DNA of 50,565 nt from Methanobacteriota archaeon (GCA_018650165.1 JABIGM010000012.1:1-50565), one strand, 5' to 3'; positions 16,141-25,782 are shown, numbered from the stretch's first letter. Notes: generated by a model from the letters alone, not told the origin. Made by a program: numbers and translations.

Positions 16141-18723
16141 TTGTTCGGTAGTTACGCTTGGTAGTGTCTTTGTCGGCAATGGTTTTTGTGGCTTGAAGGT
16201 AACAATCAAAGCGATAACGACCAATTCTCCTGCAATGGCAAAGAATACCCAGGTTAGGGAAGATGACGAATCTTCGTCTATTTGCCCCTTACCTTCATCT
16301 ATAGTCACCACAGTACATCCCGTCGAGGACACTATGTCTCCAGGTGTGGTAGCTGGGCACAAATCATTCAAATTGTGCACTCCATCGCCATCATCGTCTA
16401 ATTTGTCTCCTGAACATCCATTAGAATCAACTTCCATTCCTGGCAGAGTATAACTACAGTCATCAGATGTGTCAACAACACCGTCACCATCGTCATCATT
16501 GTCTTCCATAGAATCAAAACAGCCATCCTGATCAAAATCTATGTGTATGTTGTCTAAAGATAAGCCGATATATCCGCGCGGACAATTGTCATCTGAATCC
16601 ATGAAACCATCTGAATCATCATCATCATCTTCAATGTCATCATGACACCCGTCGTTATCATGGTCGAAACTGCTATTCCAATTAATTTCACCAAGAGGGC
16701 AATCGTCTGATAAATCTAGAACGCCATCATCATCATCATCCGCATCTCTGTTTTCATCTTGGCAACCATCTTGGTCATGGTCGATACTATGTTCGCTTTC
16801 CCAAGGGTCTGTATCTCTGACACAATTGTCGAATTCGTCTTCAATTCCATCACCATCGGTATCTGATTCACATGCATCACCAATGCCATCGTTATCTAAA
16901 TCTGCTTGGTCATCATTTATTGCAGGGCATACATCCAATTGATCTACAAAGCCATCACCGTCTGTATCCACATCCTCGCAACCATCTTGATCTTCATCAT
17001 TTTCAATTGTTGAAGTCCAACCGACAGGGCCCTTGGGGCAGTTGTCATAATCATCTAGAATCCCGTCTTCGTCATCATCAAGGTCTTCTAATGCATCTCT
17101 ACATCCATCACTATCGTGATCGGTATTTGGTGCCGATATCCACCCTGTTTCTCCGGGGTTGCAATCATCCCAGTCATCTCCAACAGAATCTCCATCATCA
17201 TCATCATCACAAGCATCACCGCTCAAATCACCATCGGTATCTTGTTGATCGGGATTTGCAACCCGCGGGCAGTTGTCAGTGCCATCTGTTAAGCCATCTG
17301 AGTCATGGTCTCGTGCGTAATTCCAGAATGCAATGTCATCAGAGCCCGCTGCAGTTAGAGTGAAATTCGATAATTGGACTGTGTTTTGGATGTGTAAGCC
17401 GGCAACAGGTGACTCGTTTTCACCCAGTTGTAGAGAGCGCGCTGTATCGTCCCCCGAGCCTCCTGCTGAAATAGCCCATTCCCATTGATAGTTAGAATCC
17501 AGTTGGGCGAGGAATATGTCTCTTTTATCGCCATTTGAGTCCCAGTCTACCAAATTATCCAACCCCAATGTGAAATTTGCAGTGTAGGTTCCCAGCACCA
17601 ATATATTGTCACGAGAATCTATCGCTATGGATTCTATACTCTCCCAGCCACCGCCACCGCCGCGAGAAACACTGTTCCATGCGCCGTTTGTGGTTAGAGT
17701 GGCGTGGAACATGTCCCACCAGCCGCTGGATGTTACATTTTGAAATCCAAATTCGGCTGTTCTCTCAAATTGTCCAACAATATGCATTTTTCCATCACTA
17801 TCTATCGCACAATCGTTGACCCAATCATCACCAGTTCCGCCTGCAAAAGATGTCCAAGTGAAATTACCATCTCCGTCTAATTGTGCGGCAAACATATCGG
17901 CTTCACCAGATGAAGTTTCCATTTCTACAAACATTACTGAGCCGATGAATGTACCAGCCACATGCAGGAACCCATCACTTGAATAACACATGCCGCCAAA
18001 TGGCTCAATTCCTTGTGGGCTTGAGATTCCATTGGACCATTCCAATTGGCCATTTTCATCATAATGTAATATGCCAATGCTTATTCCATTAGAACCTGGA
18101 ATAATTTCGCTTTCTATTTCTATTGCTCCGCGGTGGAATATCCCTGCTGAAATTCCGCCATTTGGACTAACTGAGATATCAAATACCGAAAGGTCGTTGA
18201 TATTGGAGATTGTACGGACCCATATTGGAACAAAGGTATTGTTGGTGTATGAGAAGCGTCCGATAAATGCATCGCCTTCACCGGAGTCGTCTTCTTTGAC
18301 TAAATTTTGTGAAGTGATATTCACCTCACAGGCTTCCCCTGCAGTGCCAATACAAAAGTGGCCTCCGAGAATAATGTCACCTGACGAATGTAATGCAATT
18401 GCATCAATTCCGTCTGCACCATTACCACCAAATCCAAACGCTGATGTCCAATTACCATTCGAATCTAACTTTGCAACGAACATGTCTGTATCGCCATTAA
18501 ATCCAGTAGCTCCAAAACCATCATCTCCGAAAGTTGCGGCAGATGTATATTCTCCGGCAACAATTACCGTATTATCGTCTAAAATAACGTGTCCTGCAAG
18601 TATTTCATCGTCGAAACCTCCTGCTGATTGAGCCCAACCTAGCGGTTGCCCTTCTTCTCCTTGAACTGATACAACCGGAACAAGTAGGGCTACTACAATA
18701 GCCAATATGAAAGCGCGACGCAT
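15991..18723 (-). CDS. Secreted, membrane-anchored beta-propeller (SBBP-like) plus TSP3-repeat protein
   Basis: Signal peptide; repeated D-x-F-[VI]-A-[KQ]-LD-x2-G-x3-W propeller blades; many DxDxDGxxDxxDxCP repeats; C-terminal hydrophobic segment and acidic tail. Confidence 0.85.
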   Translation of the reverse strand: MRRAFILAIVVALLVPVVSVQGEEGQPLGWAQSAGGFDDEILAGHVILDDNTVIVAGEYTSAATFGDDGFGATGFNGDTDMFVAKLDSNGNWTSAFGFGGNGADGIDAIALHSSGDIILGGHFCIGTAGEACEVNITSQNLVKEDDSGEGDAFIGRFSYTNNTFVPIWVRTISNINDLSVFDISVSPNGGISAGIFHRGAIEIESEIIPGSNGISIGILHYDENGQLEWSNGISSPQGIEPFGGMCYSSDGFLHVAGTFIGSVMFVEMETSSGEADMFAAQLDGDGNFTWTSFAGGTGDDWVNDCAIDSDGKMHIVGQFERTAEFGFQNVTSSGWWDMFHATLTTNGAWNSVSRGGGGGWESIESIAIDSRDNILVLGTYTANFTLGLDNLVDWDSNGDKRDIFLAQLDSNYQWEWAISAGGSGDDTARSLQLGENESPVAGLHIQNTVQLSNFTLTAAGSDDIAFWNYARDHDSDGLTDGTDNCPRVANPDQQDTDGDLSGDACDDDDDGDSVGDDWDDCNPGETGWISAPNTDHDSDGCRDALEDLDDDEDGILDDYDNCPKGPVGWTSTIENDEDQDGCEDVDTDGDGFVDQLDVCPAINDDQADLDNDGIGDACESDTDGDGIEDEFDNCVRDTDPWESEHSIDHDQDGCQDENRDADDDDDGVLDLSDDCPLGEINWNSSFDHDNDGCHDDIEDDDDDSDGFMDSDDNCPRGYIGLSLDNIHIDFDQDGCFDSMEDNDDDGDGVVDTSDDCSYTLPGMEVDSNGCSGDKLDDDGDGVHNLNDLCPATTPGDIVSSTGCTVVTIDEGKGQIDEDSSSSLTWVFFAIAGELVVIALIVTFKPQKPLPTKTLPSVTTEQSTVDDGGSQGDGSVTSADVDDTGLDVDSSEPQVATDEIGSDSEDVPLVE

Positions 18724-18805
18724 GACTTCGCATCACCATCACTCACTTGAAATGATTTGTCCGTTGTCCGCAATATCAATGCCATACCAGTTATTACCAC
18801 TGAAT

Positions 18806-19279
18806 ATGGGGAAGGTTTTCACTCACACCGCTAGATGTGAATTGCCGCCTGAGTTAGTAGAACGGGCTTTATCCGCGTTTCTAAATCCAAGTACTTGGCC
18901 AGATTGGAACAGTGCGGCAAAAAGTATGCTTGCAACAAACCCCGAAGTTTTAGTTGAAGGTGACCACCTTGCCATTCATCAAATCATCAAAGGTGGCTTA
19001 ATCGAAGCACGGTGGCTTGTTAATTCGATTAGAGAAGGTGATGGTTTCTGTGAAATTGAATTGCTGGGCGAGGGTCAAAGTCGGAATGAACGCCCAATCG
19101 GTAATGGGTTGAAAGAACTAAAGATTTGCATTACATTTCTGTTTCAAGAAGAGGGAGGTATTGAGGTCCACAGTAGTTGTGAAGTTTCAAGACTCTTGGC
19201 TATTTTTGCAAATAGAATTAAAGCGTTCATGGAGAAACAAAGTCAACAATTTCTTGACGATTTGTCATCAATAAAATAA
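18806..19279 (+). CDS. SRPBCC (START/polyketide cyclase-like) family protein
   Basis: A...LNPSTWPDWN N-terminal pattern and a long C-terminal helix, about 157 aa. Probable start MGKVF at 18806. Confidence 0.55.
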   Translation: MGKVFTHTARCELPPELVERALSAFLNPSTWPDWNSAAKSMLATNPEVLVEGDHLAIHQIIKGGLIEARWLVNSIREGDGFCEIELLGEGQSRNERPIGNGLKELKICITFLFQEEGGIEVHSSCEVSRLLAIFANRIKAFMEKQSQQFLDDLSSIK

Positions 19280-19316
19280 GCGGTGTATCTATGGAGCGGG
19301 CGGGACAGCCTAACGC

Positions 19317-20366
19317 ATGGCGGATGGTAAAGGGCGTAATCAAAAGCGCCGCGGTGGAAAGGGTTCAAACAAACCCCGTCGCCACGGGGGCCCATCTAAA
19401 GCAACTCTGATAGAACGCCATGCTGAGTTTGATTTAGCTGCAAAAGATGCTGCAAAGGGCAGGTTTAGCAAGCAACCAAGGCCCATTGGAATCCCTAAAG
19501 ATTTCGAGGAGCCAAGACATTTTTCTTTCGAGTGGCCAAATACGCCTGTCTCTTTGAAAACTGAATCTATACTTGCTGGTAAAGTTGTACGAAAAGGAGA
19601 ATTCGGTTGGTTGCCCGATGAAAGAGTGGCCGAAATTGGTGAAATGGTAGATAATCTAGACATGACTCTAGATCAAGCACTATCTCTACGAAGCGCTTTA
19701 CTACAGCAAAAGACCGTTTATTCTCACGGACAACTACAATCTCGTGGCAAGGCATTGTTACGACTATATCGTGAGGGAGTGGGTATTGTCGATTTGTCGA
19801 AAAAATTTGATTTCCCGCCAATGAATATATTCCGAGTTATTTTGAAAGAAATGGGTTGGTCTAAATCTCGAATCAAAGAGACGCTCCGTACACCATCGAA
19901 ATTTAAGCAACGAGAAAGAAATGAATTTGAAGCTGCAGAGTCCGCAGACCGCGTTAGTAATGTGGACCAATCAGAAACTCATGTCAGGGCCGATTTATTC
20001 GAAGAAATACTTGCTGATTGGTTTGAAGACCAGGGCGTAAGGGTTCGAAGGCAGCCAGAGATGGTTAAGGAACAAATGAAAGAGCATGGGCGACCAATAA
20101 ACACTCCCGACTTACTTTTCCTCGACCATGTTGAATTGAACGGTGAGCCTGTTTCTTGGATCGATGCCAAACACTTCTATGGTGCTGATGTCGATTTCCA
20201 ACGCAAAAAGATATCCAAACAAGCTGCGAGATATGTTGATTCTTGGGGACAAGGCGCTCTAGTATTCCGCCATGGGTTCTGTAGCAATATGCACGTTCCA
20301 GGAACGGTTCTACTAGATTGTGGCCCGCTAGACTTGACTCCACTTGCACGTATTACTGAAGAATAG
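19317..20366 (+). CDS. TPD-domain PD-(D/E)xK nuclease, CDIN1/C15orf41-like
   Basis: FEE...NTPDLLFLDHVELNGEPVSWIDAKHFYG...QAARYVDSWGQGALVFRHGF recalls the TPD...HWIESKASFG...Y...FGPGLVIYWYGF pattern of C15orf41. It is preceded by helical HTH-like segments. Confidence 0.75.
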   Translation: MADGKGRNQKRRGGKGSNKPRRHGGPSKATLIERHAEFDLAAKDAAKGRFSKQPRPIGIPKDFEEPRHFSFEWPNTPVSLKTESILAGKVVRKGEFGWLPDERVAEIGEMVDNLDMTLDQALSLRSALLQQKTVYSHGQLQSRGKALLRLYREGVGIVDLSKKFDFPPMNIFRVILKEMGWSKSRIKETLRTPSKFKQRERNEFEAAESADRVSNVDQSETHVRADLFEEILADWFEDQGVRVRRQPEMVKEQMKEHGRPINTPDLLFLDHVELNGEPVSWIDAKHFYGADVDFQRKKISKQAARYVDSWGQGALVFRHGFCSNMHVPGTVLLDCGPLDLTPLARITEE

Positions 20367-21276
20367 TTTCAAGCACACCTAAACCAAGACTTCTCAGCCT
20401 AGATGCTAGTTCGCCATAATCAGGTATGTTGTGGAGTTTCTTTGGTACGATAATCAAAGATGTTCCCAGCATGCATAGATGGCAACTCATTGATTCATCT
20501 GCTTGCTCCAATACAATGCTGAGTAACTTTGCCCGCTCTCTCTCTTCGAGTAAACCTGATTCTAAAGCGAACCTATCTGCTTCATCAAGTAACATCTCCC
20601 AAATACTTTGATTCCAATCATATTTCTTTAAACGACTTACTGCCGAATCTCCCGCCTCTGTTATTTTTGCTTTCCATTCTGGATCGTCGATATAAGTTCC
20701 AGTATGGGTACTTCCATCGGGGTCCCATACCAATAAGGCTGGACATCCTACGTCAAATCCAAACGCTTTGCCAGGGAAGGGGGGGCTTCCCGGAGTGACT
20801 CTTAGTTCACATCCGCCAGCCCACAAGCCCAAAATGTCACCAAGACCTCCTGAATGCTTTCTTTCCAATCGATGGGCTAACCGGGCTAACTGTCCTTCAT
20901 CCCCACAATCGAATACTTCCCCTAATGCTAGGCTTGCTGCTAAAAGGCCTGCACCTGACATCCCGAATCCTTGGGAAATAGGAAGTTCTAATCTAACATC
21001 AATTTCAACATTTGAATCTACATTGAAAATTTCTCTAAAGGATATCAGTAAATCTGCATACAGATTAGCACCTTTTGGAAATGGTTGTCCATCTACGTGC
21101 GTAACTGTAATTTTATCAGAGTCGTTGTCGGAAATTTTTACTGAAACTTCTACTCCGTCCTCTAGGCACAATCCCGCTCCACGAGAACCTTGATTACGCG
21201 CTAGTAGAGATTTGGAATGGATTGAAAATAAAAGGGTGACGTGTCCTCCCGCTTGGACTACTACCCCATCCATCAT
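20353..21276 (-). CDS. Pantoate kinase (GHMP kinase family)
   Basis: AGGHVTLLF, GSRGAGL, LPISQGFGMSGAG GHMP motif, GGLGD. The layout matches archaeal pantoate kinase. Confidence 0.8.
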   Translation of the reverse strand: MMDGVVVQAGGHVTLLFSIHSKSLLARNQGSRGAGLCLEDGVEVSVKISDNDSDKITVTHVDGQPFPKGANLYADLLISFREIFNVDSNVEIDVRLELPISQGFGMSGAGLLAASLALGEVFDCGDEGQLARLAHRLERKHSGGLGDILGLWAGGCELRVTPGSPPFPGKAFGFDVGCPALLVWDPDGSTHTGTYIDDPEWKAKITEAGDSAVSRLKKYDWNQSIWEMLLDEADRFALESGLLEERERAKLLSIVLEQADESMSCHLCMLGTSLIIVPKKLHNIPDYGELASRLRSLGLGVLETILQ

Positions 21277-21336
21277 GCTAGCGCTATACGCTACAGGTCA
21301 TCATGCTTCTCCAATATGGAGTAGGGTTTGATTGAT

Positions 21337-22272
21337 TCAAGCAAGAGCTACGTCAATTTCGCCAGTGATTTTCTCAAAGCGTGAAACTAACTCACCGCAA
21401 GCAGCGTTGAAGATTTCTTCTGGACTTAGAGAGCCATCGGATTCGAAGGAGAAAATGTATTCTCCATCCAGATCTTCCATTACAATGGCATTATCAAACG
21501 CTTCATCGCGTCCAGTTCCATATCCAATTTGGTGCATTGCACGCTCAAGGTCTAGAACGGAGTCCACATCTGAGCATTCTTTTTTAGTGAATAGTTTTGA
21601 ATTGATTGCACGACCAGATTTTGAAGTTAGGTCCAAATCGAATAGAACATTTGCCTTCTTTGGCTTAGATAGTACAGCCTTCTGGCGAGGTTGGAAAGTT
21701 ACTGCTGCCGCAGGGCACCATTTTGCATGTTCTCGACCACGGCCCAATGTTGCATAAGCGTACAATTCAAGGTATTGTCCTGATGAAAGAGTAGTCAAAG
21801 GAATTCTAGCGTGTTCTTCCTTAATCTGAAGTTTGGTTTCTCCAAGTACATTCAGATCACCTGCATATACTGTCTTGAATTGTTCATCTGAATCTGAATT
21901 AGGTCCACGAATCGACAAGTGATAGATAATTTGTGACAATGGAGACCCCCATTGGTCTTCTGGAAGATTCTCATTGTTAGGGTCGTCTTCAGGGAATTGG
22001 AATTCTTCAAGGAAAGTAGGTACCGGAACCATAGCTAAACGGTGAGCAAGTACTTCATCAGGCAATACGTTGACTGATTCAATAACTTCTCCTTGATTAT
22101 CTTGAGTTACTCCCTGCTCGAATCGAACTTTGGTGATTGCCATCTTTGGCACATCTGCGAGTATAGCACGGCGAAGGCTGTTTACCTGCGCTGCGTTTGT
22201 CTCTGACAAAATAATACGAATCTTGTTACCTTTTGGCCAACCTTCAACAATTTGCGCCTTCATTTTAAACAC
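21337..22272 (-). CDS. rpoD: DNA-directed RNA polymerase subunit D (Rpo3)
   Basis: VNSLRRAILADVP, DEVLAHRLAMVP, GRGREHAKW, FESDGSL; last gene of the S13-S4-S11 operon. Confidence 0.95.
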   Translation of the reverse strand: MFKMKAQIVEGWPKGNKIRIILSETNAAQVNSLRRAILADVPKMAITKVRFEQGVTQDNQGEVIESVNVLPDEVLAHRLAMVPVPTFLEEFQFPEDDPNNENLPEDQWGSPLSQIIYHLSIRGPNSDSDEQFKTVYAGDLNVLGETKLQIKEEHARIPLTTLSSGQYLELYAYATLGRGREHAKWCPAAAVTFQPRQKAVLSKPKKANVLFDLDLTSKSGRAINSKLFTKKECSDVDSVLDLERAMHQIGYGTGRDEAFDNAIVMEDLDGEYIFSFESDGSLSPEEIFNAACGELVSRFEKITGEIDVALA

Positions 22273-22281
22273 CTCAGAATC

Positions 22282-22665
22282 TCAGACACGGCGCCCACGG
22301 CGTCCGCCCTTTTTCTTCGTTCCATCGTGAGCGATAGGAGTTACGTCTTCAATACGAGTGACGGTAACTCCTGCACGAGTAAGAGCACGAATTGCAGCTT
22401 GGGCTCCAGGGCCTGTACTGTTAGACTTGTTACCACCTGGGCCGCGGTACTTGACGATAACTTGTGTGAATTCTCTTTCCTTTAATTGGTCAGCCATGCG
22501 CTCTGCAGCACGTGTTGCTGCGAATTGGCCACCAGAGTCCTTTGAGGACTTTACTACCTGTCCGCCTGAACAGGTTGCAATGGTTTCTGCCCCGGTTAAA
22601 TCGGTAGCAGTCATCAAAACATTGTTGTAACTAGAGAAGATATTGATGATAGCCTTACGCATCAC
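22282..22665 (-). CDS. rps11: 30S ribosomal protein S11
   Basis: SSYNN...DLTGAET, GPGAQAAIRALTR, IEDVTPIAHDGTKKKGGRRGRRV. Confidence 0.97.
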   Translation of the reverse strand: MMRKAIINIFSSYNNVLMTATDLTGAETIATCSGGQVVKSSKDSGGQFAATRAAERMADQLKEREFTQVIVKYRGPGGNKSNSTGPGAQAAIRALTRAGVTVTRIEDVTPIAHDGTKKKGGRRGRRV

Positions 22666-23327
22666 TCATCGCCTCCTTCTTTTGTAACTGTATCTTCAGC
22701 CTTGGGTGCTTCAGCAGCGGATTCGTTTACTGTTGTTGCTTCTGACTGAGTGAATTCAGGATCGACTTCTTCTACTGCGTATTCTGCAGATTCACGAACT
22801 CCGAGAATTGTTTGTCGGATTACGTGGTTCTCGTCGTTCAGATTAGAGCGTGGGTGGTAACGAATTAATTCTTCTTCGTCACGAGATACTGGGTATGATG
22901 GGATTGTAACTTTCTGATCACCGAGGCAAATCTGGCCGTGGGTTACTAGTTGGCGTGCTTGCTTCATGGTTGAAGCCAGTCCCTTGTAATATACTTGAGC
23001 TTGTAGACGGCGATTGAGGATATCCTCAGCAGAAAGAGAAAGGATGTCATCCAGAATTGCATCACTTGCGATAAGCCCTTTGCGATTTAGAGACGCTAGT
23101 AGTGCATCTTTTTCACGAGAGTAGTGGCCTTCGGTTGTATCGACACGTCCAATCAACTTCATTGCTTGGCCACGAATACGGCGTAGAGCGGACTTGGCTT
23201 TCCAAATCTCTGTCATGTTTTTCAAACCGTGGTTTGAACGAATAGCGTGTTCTTCTGCAATTCTGTCAGCCTTCCATGGGTGCGGAGGTGTGTCGTACTT
23301 AGGGCGAGCAAATTTTGGATGTCCCAT
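22662..23327 (-). CDS. rps4: 30S ribosomal protein S4
   Basis: MGHPKFARPKYDTPPHPW, RRLQAQV, KQARQLVTHG S4 motif. Confidence 0.97.
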   Translation of the reverse strand: MGHPKFARPKYDTPPHPWKADRIAEEHAIRSNHGLKNMTEIWKAKSALRRIRGQAMKLIGRVDTTEGHYSREKDALLASLNRKGLIASDAILDDILSLSAEDILNRRLQAQVYYKGLASTMKQARQLVTHGQICLGDQKVTIPSYPVSRDEEELIRYHPRSNLNDENHVIRQTILGVRESAEYAVEEVDPEFTQSEATTVNESAAEAPKAEDTVTKEGGDE

Positions 23328-23342
23328 TTCTAATTCCTCCTA

Positions 23343-23804
23343 TCACTTCTTGCGCTGTACTCCAAGAGTCAGTCCAAAACGGCCATTTGAGCGACCGCGC
23401 TGTCCACGTACCTTGTGGCCGCCAGCATGGCGGATTCCACGGTAACATTTGATTGAACGAAGACGAGAAATATCGTCTTCGTTTGTGAGTTTGAGGTCTT
23501 GTCCGACCAGATGAAGTTCATCACCTGATTCGAGGTCGTGTTGGCGGTTTAGCATCCAAACTTCGACATTTTGTGAATAGTCGCCAATTGCTTGGCGAAG
23601 TGTTTCTTGTTGTGTGGCATCTAGGTGGCCTGCTTTCATACCAGGATCGAATCCTGTAATTCCACAAATCATTGAAGCGGTTCGGTCACCAATACCGCGG
23701 ACTGCGGTTAAGGCGGTTCCTAGAGGCTTGAGACCGTCGATATCGGTATCCGCCATGCGAAGCATGTAGGAGAAATCGTCTCCCAAATCCTGTTCTTTTG
23801 CCAT
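23343..23804 (-). CDS. rps13: 30S ribosomal protein S13
   Basis: ALTAVRGIG, IKCYRGIRH...KVRGQRGRSNGR. Confidence 0.97.
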   Translation of the reverse strand: MAKEQDLGDDFSYMLRMADTDIDGLKPLGTALTAVRGIGDRTASMICGITGFDPGMKAGHLDATQQETLRQAIGDYSQNVEVWMLNRQHDLESGDELHLVGQDLKLTNEDDISRLRSIKCYRGIRHAGGHKVRGQRGRSNGRFGLTLGVQRKK

Positions 23805-23876
23805 GATGGTTCACCTGTATAACGCGTACAACATGATGTCGAGCGACTTTGCGACAAACCACCCCTATATCAAGAC

Positions 23877-23941
23877 CGCGATACGGCATTCGCGAGACTG
23901 CGCCACGAACTGTTGGCTACTCCAACCTGCTGTTCGCCGTA
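23877..23941 (-). promoter_or_regulatory. Candidate structured RNA element upstream of the rps13 operon
   Basis: Complementary segments TACGGC/GCCGTA, GAAC/GTTC, GTTGG/CCAAC and CGCGA/TCGCG within 65 nt. Confidence 0.35.
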
Positions 23942-23953
23942 CTTAGAGCCATC

Positions 23954-25171
23954 TTACGCAGTAAGACACAATAGTAGCATAGGGTCTTTGGGGAGTTTGG
24001 CCACAAACCCGGTGTGGCTGCCCCCCTTTGCCGCTAGTTGCCTATCGATGCTTCCTTGTAGCCTAGGTTGAAGGTTTGGTTCAAGTGGAACTCGGAGTGT
24101 TAATTTGCCAAATCCGTATTCACGGGCTGTGTCAATAAGGTGGGAAATTGTGGCTTCTGAGAGTTCAGAATGAACCAACTTGACAATACGACCAGTGGCT
24201 TGGACGAGAAGTGAAAGATTGCGGTCTTCAAAAGAGAAGTTGCCAGAATGGTGTATTTGCGGCCTGCGTCCTTCTGAAATGCTCCAAATAATTTCTTGTT
24301 CTTGGAGTGTGCCTCTTAAGAACTCTGTAGCGAGCCCTGATTCGACTAAAGCTGCGTCTATGATACTAACATGTTCGCCTTTCCTAGGCGGTCTTCTGTG
24401 GTCTGAAATCGGAGAGTAATCTCCTTCAATGACTACTGGCTTATCTTTGAGATTAGGAGGTATGCGCACAAATCTTCTAGAAGCATTTGGCGATGATAAT
24501 TGCCCAATCCATAAAGAAAGGCGGTCAATACGCCCTTTACCGCGGCTTGTCCAAACCCATGTTTTACCAATGCCGGGCCAATGCACATCGACCATTGCTT
24601 CAACTTCTGTGCGTTGGGCCTCTACTAGCCTTGGAGAGAGGTCTAGTAAAATAGCCGGGCCGCGTTCTCCTTCTGATAGATGGTCCTTCCAGGCCAAAAA
24701 TATCTCAGGAAGTTGTGGGGCCATTTCATCTAATCCGTGGGTGCGGGAATTACGAGGTCGCGCTGGATCGATATGTAACATTGCTATCTGCTGTTTTTCT
24801 TGCCCGATGGTCCCATCGCCAATACAGATTTTAGAGTCCGTTAACGCAGAATCAAAACCATGGTTCGCAACTCGTAATAAATTTGAATTAGCGGCGTGAG
24901 CTGTAGATTCATCTAGTTCTATTCCTAGTCCTTTTCTACCTGTCATCGCACAGTATGCCGCAAGTTGAATCCCACTTCCACAAGCAGGGTCGAGAATGAT
25001 TCCAGGTGGTAATTTGCACCCCCTCACCATTTTAGCCCTTTCAATGGCAACTTGCCATGGTGTTGCGAGGGGTTTTGCATGTTCAGCATAATGAAATTCA
25101 AGTCCTTCTGGTGCTGTTGAATCCCTAACGGTAGGACCGTTTAGGTCGGCGTCTTTCGGATTTAGTTCCAA
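23954..25171 (-). CDS. Class I SAM-dependent methyltransferase, probably RNA-modifying, with a possible THUMP-like C-terminal region
   Basis: Motif I ILDPACGSG, GIELD, LHIDPARP. Confidence 0.7.
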   Translation of the reverse strand: MELNPKDADLNGPTVRDSTAPEGLEFHYAEHAKPLATPWQVAIERAKMVRGCKLPPGIILDPACGSGIQLAAYCAMTGRKGLGIELDESTAHAANSNLLRVANHGFDSALTDSKICIGDGTIGQEKQQIAMLHIDPARPRNSRTHGLDEMAPQLPEIFLAWKDHLSEGERGPAILLDLSPRLVEAQRTEVEAMVDVHWPGIGKTWVWTSRGKGRIDRLSLWIGQLSSPNASRRFVRIPPNLKDKPVVIEGDYSPISDHRRPPRKGEHVSIIDAALVESGLATEFLRGTLQEQEIIWSISEGRRPQIHHSGNFSFEDRNLSLLVQATGRIVKLVHSELSEATISHLIDTAREYGFGKLTLRVPLEPNLQPRLQGSIDRQLAAKGGSHTGFVAKLPKDPMLLLCLTA

Positions 25172-25176
25172 CTAAT

Positions 25177-25782
25177 TCACCCAGAAATATCGGTACGCAC
25201 AAGTAGACTTTCGAATGGGATGCCTGCGGCTTGGAATGCTTCTTTGCCTCCTTCTTGACGGTCGAGAATACTGATTACTGCAACTACTTTGCAGGTTGTT
25301 TCTTCTTCAATTCGCTTTACTGCTTGTATTGCGGACCCACCAGTAGTTGTAACATCTTCGAGAATTATCACATTGCCTCCATCGGCGATAGATGTGCCCT
25401 CGATTCCTGGAGGGTTGTTTGTTTTTCGACCACCTCTTCCTTTGGCTTGTTTTCGAACCATAAATCCAAGTCTTTCTGATTTAAAATCAGTAGCGATAAC
25501 CAAAGCCGCCAGAGGCACGGCGCCCAATTCGAGACCGCCGACAAAGTCGGCACCAATTTCATCACATCGGACATTCATCAAATCGCCAACTAAGCGCCCT
25601 GCTTCAGGATTCATCATCACTGGCTTCATGTCAAAGAACCATCTTGATGTCCGGCCGCTTGCCAAAGTAAAGGCATCATCAGAGCCTCCATCAAGGAAAG
25701 CAAGGTCTCGGACCATTTCAACTAAACGTGTCCAGCGGGGGTCCTCTCGCAGTGTTGGCGGCACCGACATGGTCAGTGCCAT
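25177..25782 (-). CDS. pyrE: Orotate phosphoribosyltransferase
   Basis: FTLASGRTSRWFFD, GGLELGAVP, RKQAK, PRPP-binding ILEDVTTTGGSA, LDRQEGG. Confidence 0.93.
   Translation of the reverse strand: MALTMSVPPTLREDPRWTRLVEMVRDLAFLDGGSDDAFTLASGRTSRWFFDMKPVMMNPEAGRLVGDLMNVRCDEIGADFVGGLELGAVPLAALVIATDFKSERLGFMVRKQAKGRGGRKTNNPPGIEGTSIADGGNVIILEDVTTTGGSAIQAVKRIEEETTCKVVAVISILDRQEGGKEAFQAAGIPFESLLVRTDISG

Noticed and set aside
16200-16270. Glu in the middle of the predicted TM anchor (FFAIAGELVVIAL)
   Set aside because: One base (GTA to GAA) would explain it, so it cannot be distinguished from a sequencing error or neutral variant here.
16872-17363. His-rich plus-strand ORF, and similar shadow ORFs such as 18071-18631, 31532-32116, 38992-39861 and 46782-47219
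   Set aside because: They are antisense or alternative-frame by-products of real genes; for example Asp GAT codons read as CAT His. They have no independent motifs.
19317-20366. Nuclease as part of a restriction-modification system
   Set aside because: No adjacent DNA methyltransferase or specificity subunit. The methyltransferase at 23954 is 3.6 kb away beyond the ribosomal operon and looks RNA-directed.
23805-23953. Expected tRNA-Ser upstream of rps13, as found in several archaea
   Set aside because: No cloverleaf, T-loop GTTCRAATC or D-loop consensus on either strand.
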